From the IMG/VR virus record IMGVR_UViG_3300044701_000569, positions 186,001-250,000 of that record: a stretch of 64,000 nucleotides of DNA; one strand, 5' to 3'. Under the pieces are notes generated by a model. The model did no database searches. It worked only from the letters and a program-made list of their open reading frames with translations, and was not told where the DNA came from. This document shows positions 37,409 through 46,488 of the stretch, in pieces. The stretch's first letter is position 1. Each line of letters begins with the position of its first letter. A program made the position numbers and the translations under genes.

Positions 37409-38493
37409 TTGCTACGCCCTGATTTCATATTAGCGCACCAATGAGCCATGCGAGCTTTCTCACCCGAGCTGTTCTTTGCTACACTGCGAAGTTTTGTAAC
37501 ACTTTGTTTACAGTTAACACCACTACGTTTGGCTAGTCCTTTGCGTCCCGGATTCTTACCATCAGCAAAGTTTTCGTGCATGCCAAAGTTTCCACTCATA
37601 GGCATCTGTTTAATACCAACATCACTTGCAAAACGATCTATAACCATTGCAATTTGAAAGTCTAACAGTGTTAGACCTTTAACATCAGATGTGCTGGTCT
37701 TTACAGTAACTTCTGCAACATCCTGTGTTACTTCACAGAAGTGATCCATTTTTTCGCTGAGCATGTTAATAATCTTAACAAATGCTACAGCAGCTCTATG
37801 ATCGTCTGCTACATATTTTGCTTGTAGCGTTCTATGGTCTAACATTTCCCAGTCTGGAAGATATTTGCTTTTTAAATTATCTAGTGCATCATTAGAAGGT
37901 TTGAATTCCTCAACATCGTTAGCTCTAAATTCACCTTCAGTCATACCGTCACTGCCTCCATCTCCGCTATAGCCCGGATAATAACCATATAAGCCGTAAG
38001 GTCCTGGACCATAAGCTGCACTGCGTAGTTTACGTGTGCTCTTACGTTTCTTCTTACGACTTTCAACATTGTATGTAGGATCTGTCTTTTGACCTTTTTT
38101 AGCACTGTGTCCAGCAGGGTCAATATCAGTAGTTGTTAAACCAAGTTTTAATAAATCTTTTATAAACTCGTGTTCTATATCTTCACTGCCAAATGATATA
38201 ATAGCACTAGGAGGCCCCTTGCCAAAATCATGTTTGCCTAGACCTTTTAGATTGCTAATGTGTTGTCCTAGCTTGTACCAATCATACACGTCGCTTACAT
38301 CTATTTTTACAGTGCCTTTGGGCATAGTAGGTTTAGTTTCTGGACCCATAGGAGGATCATTAGGATGCTGATCTTCATTTTCATTACGACCAGCACAGTG
38401 AGCACGTTGACTAAACCCTTTTGGATTAGAGCAGTTTATAGAACGCTTATATTTGTCGCTCCATTTTTCAGGAAGTACATCTTTTGATTTCAT
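37405..38493 (-). CDS. Modular protein containing a pterin-4a-carbinolamine dehydratase-like domain
   Basis: LPDWE...AVAFV..I..LSEKMDHFCEV...V.VKTSTSDVKGLTLLDF.IA..ID embedded between short basic Cys/His modules. Confidence 0.7.
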   Translation of the reverse strand: MKSKDVLPEKWSDKYKRSINCSNPKGFSQRAHCAGRNENEDQHPNDPPMGPETKPTMPKGTVKIDVSDVYDWYKLGQHISNLKGLGKHDFGKGPPSAIISFGSEDIEHEFIKDLLKLGLTTTDIDPAGHSAKKGQKTDPTYNVESRKKKRKSTRKLRSAAYGPGPYGLYGYYPGYSGDGGSDGMTEGEFRANDVEEFKPSNDALDNLKSKYLPDWEMLDHRTLQAKYVADDHRAAVAFVKIINMLSEKMDHFCEVTQDVAEVTVKTSTSDVKGLTLLDFQIAMVIDRFASDVGIKQMPMSGNFGMHENFADGKNPGRKGLAKRSGVNCKQSVTKLRSVAKNSSGEKARMAHWCANMKSGRSK

Positions 38494-38783
38494 TTTTTAC
38501 TCCCTTTAACAGGTTTTTCTCCTGTCATATATGGAAGGCTAAACCAAAGCTGAAACCATTCAGGTGTTCCTGGCTGTATATTTTTTTCTCTTTGAATTCT
38601 ACCTTTTTCATTACCAGTAACAGATATATTGCTGCCTTGGTATTCGTGTAGTCTTGCTGCATGTCCTAGACCTGCTAGATACTGCATTGATTTAATTTCG
38701 TGTATAGGATCGTTAGGCGGAAGTACACAGTCTTCTGGACTAGCCTGATTTAAATGTTCTGTAGTGATTCTATACTGTTTCAT
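38490..38783 (-). CDS. Hypothetical protein
   Basis: 97 aa ORF (IQPGTPEWFQLWF). Confidence 0.7.
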   Translation of the reverse strand: MKQYRITTEHLNQASPEDCVLPPNDPIHEIKSMQYLAGLGHAARLHEYQGSNISVTGNEKGRIQREKNIQPGTPEWFQLWFSLPYMTGEKPVKGSKK

Positions 38784-39871
38784 TTTGAAGCAGGCTCTCC
38801 AGTTTTAAAAACTTCCCACTTCTTGCCCGTAGCTTGAGACTTCTTTTGAGCCATAGATTTTAATCTATAGTATTCTCTTTCTTCTTCAGGACTGTCAGCA
38901 TATGCACCGTAAGGTCCTGGAAATACTTTCCACTTTTTACCATTAATATAAACAGCAAAGTTATTTCCGGGCTCTGTATTGCCTTCGTCCCAATCTTCAG
39001 GATCTCTTACTCGTTCTGTAGTTTTTCTCATACTCGGTGATACAGCAATAATAGAATCAGGATCAACTCTTGGTTCAACTGTTAAAAATTTCCAACCTGG
39101 ATCAACTACAATTTCAATATCGCCGCCGCTATTAGGAAATGGTTTGTTGTTTGCACTCTTAATTTTAACAGCATCATCGTCAAAATCGACAGCAGTTATT
39201 ATAGATGGAAACTCTTGTCCTTGTGAATTTTTATAAATTACTCGTTGCCCAACACGGAAGTCATTGCCAGGTGTTCCTTCCGCTACACCTTCCGCAGGTT
39301 CTAATTCTTTTACACCCATACCAGTACGCACAGCACTGTAAACATTCTTAGCATTGTTTTGTAAACCTCGCGGTAGGCCTTGTGCAAATGCTTCAAAGTT
39401 ACCTTTCATTGCAGCTTCGCGCATCTTACTAGCACTCATTCCTTCTGCACCTTCTGCATCAGGATCACGCTCACCTGCACTGATTACTTTGATTGATTTA
39501 AAGGTATAGTCTTTGCCGTTGTATTTGTTAAGCATTTCAGAGAAACTATCAAGTCTATCTGAACCTGCTACATATATTAGATTGTCGTAGCCCATTGACT
39601 CAATTTTTTGTAGAGCTTGAATAATTGTTTTTACATTTGCATCGCCCACAGTTACATTAGGAAATGCTGCTTGTGCAAACTCTAGTTTGATATTAAAAGG
39701 AAGCGGGTCGGTTTTGGGCTTTTGAGTTTGTGTTACAAACAAAAAAGGGTCTGCCTTTTGACTTGCAATAACATTAACTAGCTTTTCATGTCCGATGGTA
39801 GGAGGGTTCATTCTACCAAAGGCTATTGCTGCTGTTTTGCCTTCCGCTTCAAAAATCTGTCTTAATCGCAT
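38780..39871 (-). CDS. HIGH-type nucleotidyl/cytidyltransferase-like domain plus appended modules
   Basis: FGRMNPPTIGHEKL, VAGSDR, SAGERDPDAEGAEGMSASKMR; then an SH3-like module and a further module. Confidence 0.75.
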   Translation of the reverse strand: MRLRQIFEAEGKTAAIAFGRMNPPTIGHEKLVNVIASQKADPFLFVTQTQKPKTDPLPFNIKLEFAQAAFPNVTVGDANVKTIIQALQKIESMGYDNLIYVAGSDRLDSFSEMLNKYNGKDYTFKSIKVISAGERDPDAEGAEGMSASKMREAAMKGNFEAFAQGLPRGLQNNAKNVYSAVRTGMGVKELEPAEGVAEGTPGNDFRVGQRVIYKNSQGQEFPSIITAVDFDDDAVKIKSANNKPFPNSGGDIEIVVDPGWKFLTVEPRVDPDSIIAVSPSMRKTTERVRDPEDWDEGNTEPGNNFAVYINGKKWKVFPGPYGAYADSPEEEREYYRLKSMAQKKSQATGKKWEVFKTGEPASK

Positions 39872-40203
39872 TAGTAAACCCCCTTCTGAATGTTGTTTAA
39901 CTCTTCAGAATATAATTTCTGTATCAACCCTTTTTTGTCTTCGTTGGTTAATAGATCATCGGGGTGTTTGTTGATTTTAAATTTCTTGCAGTAACTATGT
40001 GCGGCTTTATTAATCATTGATCCAAAAATAGATTCAGGACTAACAGATTCTTTTTTGTCATGAGATGCCTTCATGCTTATAATGGCAGGAAACATTTCCT
40101 TTCTATAAAACACAGGATCGTTTCTCATATACACAGACAAGTCATCAACTACGTCAAATGGTAACTTGTCATTTTCTATTTTAGAAAATTCTTCAATGCG
40201 CAT
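39871..40203 (-). CDS. Hypothetical protein
   Basis: 110 aa ORF with AAGGA SD. Confidence 0.7.
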   Translation of the reverse strand: MRIEEFSKIENDKLPFDVVDDLSVYMRNDPVFYRKEMFPAIISMKASHDKKESVSPESIFGSMINKAAHSYCKKFKINKHPDDLLTNEDKKGLIQKLYSEELNNIQKGVY

Positions 40204-40212
40204 GTTTAATCC

Positions 40213-40773
40213 TTACCACTTACGGCAGGACCAGTAGCGTGCCTTATGGCGTGGTCCTGGATTGTCGCAGTTGTGACGAGCACGGAAGCTGCGTCTACGA
40301 GCTGGATTTGACTTTTTAATCTTCATGTTAGGGTCACCAAAGTTTACCTTAACTACATTGCCGCCCGGCTTACGAACATATACTTTAAATTTCTTAACAT
40401 CGCCTCTCATAGGCTTGCCTAATGGAACCGAGCGACCTTGATATTCAGCTTCGTCCAAAGCGTCATCTTCATTGAACCACATTACGCCGTATTCTAAAAA
40501 GAAATTATCGCCGTCGTACGTTTCTTCGTCTACAGGTTCACCTTCTACAGACATCTCTATATCAAAATCATCATAGCCTTCGTCTTGAAGATAACTAGTT
40601 AGATGTTCTGCAAACTTATCAGCTTCTTCTTCTGAAAGCTGACGTGGAAGGGGTATATCTACAACTGTAGCACCCCTGTCTGATTCATACACTAGATTGT
40701 TTGGGAAAATTGATTCATCTAACTTCTGCGCTAGATCTGTCTTTTCCATTATTACTCTAATAAAATGTTCCAT
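40213..40773 (-). CDS. Acidic N-terminal / basic C-terminal modular protein
   Basis: C-terminal KKFKVYV...VKVNFGD...RRSFRARHNC...ARYWSC after ALDE. Confidence 0.7.
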   Translation of the reverse strand: MEHFIRVIMEKTDLAQKLDESIFPNNLVYESDRGATVVDIPLPRQLSEEEADKFAEHLTSYLQDEGYDDFDIEMSVEGEPVDEETYDGDNFFLEYGVMWFNEDDALDEAEYQGRSVPLGKPMRGDVKKFKVYVRKPGGNVVKVNFGDPNMKIKKSNPARRRSFRARHNCDNPGPRHKARYWSCRKW

Positions 40774-40783
40774 AGCTGTAGCC

Positions 40784-41128
40784 TTAGTGATTTAATCTTA
40801 TGCTGTTGACAGTCCCGTCAGTGAACAGTAGCTTTGCTCTAAGCCATACATAGTTTCCTGTAAAGTTAGCAATTCTACTGCCAGTTTCGTCGTTAGCAGA
40901 ATATGAATGCACTTCAAACCAATCATCTTCTATTGGATCCAGTACTAGAGTAGCTTGGATTATAATATCACCAGAAAGTCCGGTATATGTATATTGGACT
41001 GTGTGCAATCCATCACTGCGTCCGTAATAACCGTCACCCTTAAAAGGGAGACCTACAACAGTAGCTAAATCGCTGTTAGCTGGTGTATGTGTATATTCTG
41101 ATAGTATAATTTCACTGTTAGTCGTCAT
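40784..41128 (-). CDS. Small beta-rich protein, probably structural
   Basis: KGDGYYG..DGLHT...NFTGNYVWLRA; ATG 5 nt after TAAATA. Confidence 0.6.
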   Translation of the reverse strand: MTTNSEIILSEYTHTPANSDLATVVGLPFKGDGYYGRSDGLHTVQYTYTGLSGDIIIQATLVLDPIEDDWFEVHSYSANDETGSRIANFTGNYVWLRAKLLFTDGTVNSIRLNH

Positions 41129-41819
41129 ACTTATATTTATCAATATCGCCCTTGTAGACTATTTTGTCTACTTTGCGTATTGCATGACCTATAAGCATCT
41201 CAACTAGCGACATAACACGGTCGTCACGTACATAAATGTAACTTCCGTTCGCAAATCCATTACCAATATCTTTAAGTGTTTTAGGACCTACTTTTACTTT
41301 GTCAGTGTTAGATTTTAACCAATTGTAAGCATTAGCATCAAGCCTCTTGTAGGATAAGTGTACTTGATATTGATAAGAACTGGGATAATTTACAATTATT
41401 AAGTTTTCTTTGCGCGAAAGAAGATCAACTGCTTCCGGGCTTGGTTCCCAAAACTCCTTAACACTTACACGCATTTTATTAGAAATTTTCATTAAAAGAC
41501 TTCTATTGCTACTGTATATGTTAAGTGTATTAGATTCGCATCTTACTTTATAGTCACTGGCTTTTTTTAAGATATTGTAAATATCCTTAGCATCAAAAAA
41601 TGCGTCCTCAGTTATTTCTACTGTAGATCTATATGTGGTCTTAGTTAAGGGTTCACCTGCTTTATGCTGTGCTGTTAGAGTATCTAATCTAACTTTAGCA
41701 TGAGCTAACTTTTTATCAGAATTTGAATCTGATCTAAAAATTGTAGCCAGCGGATTGGAAAGTACCAGTTTGTACAGGTACTTTCCGTGATGCAGTTTTT
41801 TAGTTTCAAACAGTCTCAT
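41118..41819 (-). CDS. Hypothetical protein
   Basis: About 233 aa ORF downstream of clpA; start 41819 or 41831. Confidence 0.65.
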   Translation of the reverse strand: MRLFETKKLHHGKYLYKLVLSNPLATIFRSDSNSDKKLAHAKVRLDTLTAQHKAGEPLTKTTYRSTVEITEDAFFDAKDIYNILKKASDYKVRCESNTLNIYSSNRSLLMKISNKMRVSVKEFWEPSPEAVDLLSRKENLIIVNYPSSYQYQVHLSYKRLDANAYNWLKSNTDKVKVGPKTLKDIGNGFANGSYIYVRDDRVMSLVEMLIGHAIRKVDKIVYKGDIDKYKYDD

Positions 41820-44052
41820 TAGCTGCTTCATTTACTACACAGTCCAATTTGATTTCGTTTTCACGATAGTCAACAGTTACACTGCCCCCATTCTTTAAAT
41901 CACCAAACAGTATCTGTCTTGACAAGGGACGCTTAATCTCTTTGTCAATAACACGCTGTAGAGGTCTTGCACCCATCTTAGGGTCAAATCCCTTATCTAC
42001 TAGATAGTCTAATGCTTCGTCAGTAATTGAGATAGCAATGTTCTTTTCCTTGACCATTTGCTTGAGTTCTAACAGGAACTTGCCTACAATCTTCATCATA
42101 GTTTCCTTGCTCAACTTAGCAAACGTAATTACACCGTCTAGTCTGTTGCGGAATTCAGGTGCAAAGAATTTCTTAAGCTCACTGTCATTGTAGTTGCCTT
42201 CAATTGAATCATTAAATCCAATCTTGTTCTTTTCAGCTTCCTTAGCGCCTAGGTTAGTGGTAAGGATTAGGATACAGTTTCTACCATCAGCTTCCTTGCC
42301 ATTTGAACCTGTTACTTTACCGTTATCCATCAACTGTAGTAGGATTTGGCTAACATCAGGGTGTGCCTTTTCAATTTCATCCAGCAGTAATACACAGTTT
42401 GGATTTTCCTGTAGCTTGGTAATCAGCAAGCCTGCATTTTCTTCAAAACCAACATAACCAGGAGGTGAACCAATCAACTTGCTAACAGCATGCTTCTCTT
42501 GATATTCACTCATATCAAATCTTACTAGCTTGACACCGAGATGTTTAGATAGCTGTTTGGCTGTTTCGGTCTTACCTGTACCTGTTGGACCCATAAACAC
42601 AAATGCACCTACGGGCTTGTCATCTGCTTTTAGACCAGCTTGGCTAACAAGTATCTTGTCAACAATGCTTTCAATAGCATCATCCTGTCCATATACACCC
42701 TGCTTGAGGTTGTTTTCTAGGTTCACAAGATTTTCTGTTTCTCTTTCTGCTACTTGTTCAGCAGGAAGATTAACAATCTTAGCCAGTTCGTATTGAATTT
42801 CAGCAGCGCCTACAACCTTATTGTCCTTTTGATTCTTGAGCTTGAATCTTGAACAAGCAACGTCAATGAGGTCAATAGCCTTGTCCGGCAGCTTCTTATC
42901 ACTCTGATACTTCACACTGAGTTTGACTGCTGCTTCAATTGCAGCGTCAGTAATTTCTGTCTTGTGATAGTCTTCATAATACTTCTTAATACCTTGTAGG
43001 ATATCTTTAGTAGTTTCTGGAGAAGGCTCATCTACAGTTACTCTCTGGAATCTGCGCATCAGCGCACGATCCTTTTCAAAGTACTTGCGGTATTCTTCCC
43101 AAGTAGTACTTGCTACTACCTTCAAGTCGCCTTTGGTAAGAGCTGGCTTGAGCATGTTAGCGAGATCATTAGCACCACCGCTGCCACCAGCACCAGCACC
43201 ACTCATCATGTGTGCTTCGTCGATGAACATGATAGTCTTACCCTGCTTAGTTAGAGCCTGTAGCACTAACTTGAAGCGTTCTTCAAAGTCGCCTCGATAC
43301 TTAGATCCTGCCAGCATTGAACCAATGTCTAGTACATAAACACTGTAGTCCTGCAGAAACTCCGGTACGTCCTTGTTTACAATCTTATATGCAAGTCCTT
43401 CTGCAATGGCAGTTTTACCTACACCGGGATCACCGACCATTAGCACATTGTTCTTTGAACGACGTCCTAGTGCTAGTGCAATAGAATCTAATTCTTCACT
43501 ACGACCAATAATAGGATCAATCTTGTTACGCTTTACTTCGTCATTTAGATTAGTAGTAAACGCTCTCAATGCCCTTCGAGCTTCGCTGCTGATAGAATTA
43601 TCCTCTTCAACTTCCTCTTCAACTTCGTTATTAAGAAATTCAGCAAACTTGTCTTTTACAATGTTAGCCTCATTAAGATAATATACAGCTATGCTACGTT
43701 TTTCAGTTAGCATGCTAAGAAGTACGTCGGATAAATTAATATGATTTCGACCATTAAACAATGTTTGCGTAAATGCTCTATTAAGCACACGCTCAACTGC
43801 TTGTGTTTTCTTAGGCTTAAACTTTTCTAGCTCTGTCTTTAAGTCATCACAATTAGTCTTTAAATGATGCTCTAAATTTGTTTTGATAAAGTTAACGTCA
43901 CTGCCATACATGGACAATACATTGACAAAATTTTCCTCACAGAGCATAGCATAGAGAAGATGCTCTAGAGTAACATATTCATGCTTTAACTTCTGAGCAT
44001 CTTTAACTGCTTTATCAAATACTAATGTTAACTCTTCTGATGGTTCGACCAT
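41806..44052 (-). CDS. clpA: ATP-dependent Clp protease ATPase subunit, ClpA-like
   Basis: N-domain HEYVTLEHLL; two AAA modules (GDPGVGKT, GPTGTGKT); GSPPGYVG; IGF loop; no ClpB middle coil. Confidence 0.92.
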   Translation of the reverse strand: MVEPSEELTLVFDKAVKDAQKLKHEYVTLEHLLYAMLCEENFVNVLSMYGSDVNFIKTNLEHHLKTNCDDLKTELEKFKPKKTQAVERVLNRAFTQTLFNGRNHINLSDVLLSMLTEKRSIAVYYLNEANIVKDKFAEFLNNEVEEEVEEDNSISSEARRALRAFTTNLNDEVKRNKIDPIIGRSEELDSIALALGRRSKNNVLMVGDPGVGKTAIAEGLAYKIVNKDVPEFLQDYSVYVLDIGSMLAGSKYRGDFEERFKLVLQALTKQGKTIMFIDEAHMMSGAGAGGSGGANDLANMLKPALTKGDLKVVASTTWEEYRKYFEKDRALMRRFQRVTVDEPSPETTKDILQGIKKYYEDYHKTEITDAAIEAAVKLSVKYQSDKKLPDKAIDLIDVACSRFKLKNQKDNKVVGAAEIQYELAKIVNLPAEQVAERETENLVNLENNLKQGVYGQDDAIESIVDKILVSQAGLKADDKPVGAFVFMGPTGTGKTETAKQLSKHLGVKLVRFDMSEYQEKHAVSKLIGSPPGYVGFEENAGLLITKLQENPNCVLLLDEIEKAHPDVSQILLQLMDNGKVTGSNGKEADGRNCILILTTNLGAKEAEKNKIGFNDSIEGNYNDSELKKFFAPEFRNRLDGVITFAKLSKETMMKIVGKFLLELKQMVKEKNIAISITDEALDYLVDKGFDPKMGARPLQRVIDKEIKRPLSRQILFGDLKNGGSVTVDYRENEIKLDCVVNEAANETV

Positions 44053-44053
44053 A

Positions 44054-44881
44054 TTAATCGTTTTCCTTTTTTATACTTTTATTTAAGTCCTGCAACTTTT
44101 GATACACTTCTGGATCTGACATATCAGGCATTATCGGATCAATTTTTACAAATACTTTACCTTTTTTTCTAGTATGCAAATCTGGAATACCATAATCTGC
44201 TATACTAAAAGTTGTGCCTGGTTTGGTGCCTTTAGGTATTGTTAGTTGAACTGTTCTTTCATCTAACGTTGTCACTAGTATAACACAACCTAACAAAATG
44301 TCAAACAAAAATACTTGTTGAGATGTGTACAAATCATTGCCATCTCTCCGCCATCCATCTATATCAAAAACTTGTATTTTAATAAAAAGATCACCGCGTT
44401 GAAATCTAGGATCTCCGTCATCACCTAGTCCAGTATAGCGCACTGTGTCACCGTTTCTTGCACCTGGTGGAATATCAACTTCTACAGTTTCTTGTTTTCC
44501 AGAACGAAGTCTATAAGATACTATTAGTTGTTTTCCAAGTATAACATCTTTTAAATCAATTCTAGCGAGAACTGTGAGGTCTCTGTTTTTAGGAGCGCCT
44601 CGACCCATACCAAATTGTGAAAATATATCTCCAAAAGGACTGCCATTCCCAAAAGGATTTTGATTAGCCCAGCCAGGATTTTGCCATTGTGTTTGCGGAT
44701 TATCGTAGTTAGCTTTTTTATCAGGATCGCCTAGTGTGTCATATGCTTCATTTATTTTAGCAAATGTATTGTGATCCCCGCCGCGGTCGGGATGATGCTG
44801 CATCGCTAGTTTGCGATATGCTCTTTTTATTTCTTCTGGCGAAGCTGTTCGTGAGACGCCCAGCGTACTGTAGTGATCCAT
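44054..44881 (-). CDS. DnaJ-class chaperone without zinc finger (CbpA-like)
   Basis: J-domain with HPD, G/F-rich linker, C-terminal DnaJ domain. Confidence 0.92.
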   Translation of the reverse strand: MDHYSTLGVSRTASPEEIKRAYRKLAMQHHPDRGGDHNTFAKINEAYDTLGDPDKKANYDNPQTQWQNPGWANQNPFGNGSPFGDIFSQFGMGRGAPKNRDLTVLARIDLKDVILGKQLIVSYRLRSGKQETVEVDIPPGARNGDTVRYTGLGDDGDPRFQRGDLFIKIQVFDIDGWRRDGNDLYTSQQVFLFDILLGCVILVTTLDERTVQLTIPKGTKPGTTFSIADYGIPDLHTRKKGKVFVKIDPIMPDMSDPEVYQKLQDLNKSIKKEND

Positions 44882-44928
44882 GCTAATACTTAGCTGACCT
44901 GTACGCTGGGCGTGGTGTTAGTGAAAGA

Positions 44929-45405
44929 TTAGTTTCTACCTTCTACTTTTTCTTTAGTACGACCGTATGCAGCAATACCAAGTACAGCACCCATAGCAAT
45001 GTGATATAGGCCTGCGCCCTGAAGCGTTAGCGGTTGCCATTGGCTTGTTACTTGCCCGCCTTGTACTGCCTGTAATAGGCTCCAAAGGATTGGGAATATA
45101 ACAAAGTCAAATGTACAAGTTCCCATGTACAACCAACCCATAGCTGGACGCCATTTCTTGTTGATCCAATCTTCGTTTGTGTTCTTAACTAGGACGTCCG
45201 CGTCCCCTACATTATTACTCATATCTGCCCTCGCTGCTGGCGGGGTATTTCTAAATCCACTGACAGAGTCACTGTCCCCCCTACGTGTTGTAATTACAGT
45301 TTCTTCATACTTAGGTGCTGAAGCTGCTGCTGAAAAACTTGATGATGTTGAACTAGAACCAAAACTGTTAGCAGGTTCTAGATCTTCTGGCTTTAATCTA
45401 GGCAT
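44929..45405 (-). CDS. Putative holin (3TM / GTA-holin-like)
   Basis: KWRPAMGW followed by TM segments, LGIAAYGRTKEK; TAAATA and AAGGAGG upstream. Confidence 0.65.
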   Translation of the reverse strand: MPRLKPEDLEPANSFGSSSTSSSFSAAASAPKYEETVITTRRGDSDSVSGFRNTPPAARADMSNNVGDADVLVKNTNEDWINKKWRPAMGWLYMGTCTFDFVIFPILWSLLQAVQGGQVTSQWQPLTLQGAGLYHIAMGAVLGIAAYGRTKEKVEGRN

Positions 45406-45436
45406 GTTCCCTCCTTAATTACCCTTGCGCAAGTAT

Positions 45437-46141
45437 TTAGCGCAATTTGGCTAATTTAAATGCTCTGAAAATGCAGAACCACATCCATCCTATATCAAAT
45501 TCAAACCAACGACGGCTAAGTTTAGGGTTTGCAGGATCTAAATGATGATTATTATGAAGTTCTTCACCGCCTATTATAATGCCCCAAGGACTTACGTTAC
45601 GACTATGATCCTTAGTGTTACCATTGCGATAACCCCACCAGTGTCCTATACCATTAATAAAGCCTGCTGCCCAGAATGGAATCCATATCATCTGTACACC
45701 CCATACTAGAAAACCCCATAGCCCAAATAATAACAGATCTATAATTAGCATTAAAAAAATGCCTAGTCGATGATGCGGAGTATATAATTTTCTTTCAATC
45801 CAATCTTTTGGAGTACCAACACCATATCTAAGTACAAACTGCGGATCTTTGGTAGCTTCGTGATAAAGACTCCAACCGCCAAATAATAATTTCCAAATGC
45901 CAAATACATGAGGACTATGCGGATCACCGTTTATATCAGTGCTTTGATGATGTTTACGATGTACAGCCACCCATGCTTTAGTAGTCATACCTGTTGTAAG
46001 CCATAGCCAAAAGCGCATGAAATGCTCAACAATTGGATGAAATATAATTAATTTATGTGCTTGGCTACGGTGCAGATAAAGGGTAACACATATAATAGTA
46101 ATATGTGTCATAATAAGGGTCGCGAGTAATAAAGTTATCAT
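45437..46141 (-). CDS. Acyl-lipid (delta-9-type) fatty acid desaturase
   Basis: His boxes HRSQAH, HRKHH, HNNHH; TM segments. Confidence 0.92.
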   Translation of the reverse strand: MITLLLATLIMTHITIICVTLYLHRSQAHKLIIFHPIVEHFMRFWLWLTTGMTTKAWVAVHRKHHQSTDINGDPHSPHVFGIWKLLFGGWSLYHEATKDPQFVLRYGVGTPKDWIERKLYTPHHRLGIFLMLIIDLLLFGLWGFLVWGVQMIWIPFWAAGFINGIGHWWGYRNGNTKDHSRNVSPWGIIIGGEELHNNHHLDPANPKLSRRWFEFDIGWMWFCIFRAFKLAKLR

Positions 46142-46151
46142 CTAGTATTTA

Positions 46152-46254
46152 GTGCTCACTTCTTAAAACTTAGGGTAGCGAATCCGGTTTTAAAGGCAGC
46201 AGCCGCCTAACGCCTTAGGCTCAGATAACTGAGTAACGGTCCCAAGGTGTGTTC
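46152..46254 (-). ncRNA. Candidate structured non-coding RNA (unidentified)
   Basis: GC-rich intergenic stretch of about 100 nt with several nested inverted repeats; strand uncertain. Confidence 0.4.
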
Positions 46255-46485
46255 TTAAATCATTTTAGTGAGTGCGTAAACTCCAGCTACTAGCAGAGCT
46301 TTAACTTCAATGTCATCTGCTTCGTCATCTAGTCTATCTGTGCGAACTAGGTCTTCTAACAGTTCTTTAAACTCGTCAGCACTTAGTTCATCGTTCTCAT
46401 ACTGAGCTGCTAGATCTAGTGCTATCTGAGCTCTTTCAGCAGCCCAGGGTCTATCGCAGTTTGCTAGTTCTCTCAACGCTTTCAT
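46255..46485 (-). CDS. Hypothetical protein
   Basis: 76 aa ORF. Confidence 0.65.
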   Translation of the reverse strand: MKALRELANCDRPWAAERAQIALDLAAQYENDELSADEFKELLEDLVRTDRLDDEADDIEVKALLVAGVYALTKMI

Positions 46486-46488
46486 GAT

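Noticed and set aside
46200-46250. Resemblance of CCGCCTAAC...CGGTCCCAAG to twister ribozyme segments
   Set aside because: The downstream pairing partners and 3' strand that twister needs are not present. Kept only as an unidentified structured RNA.
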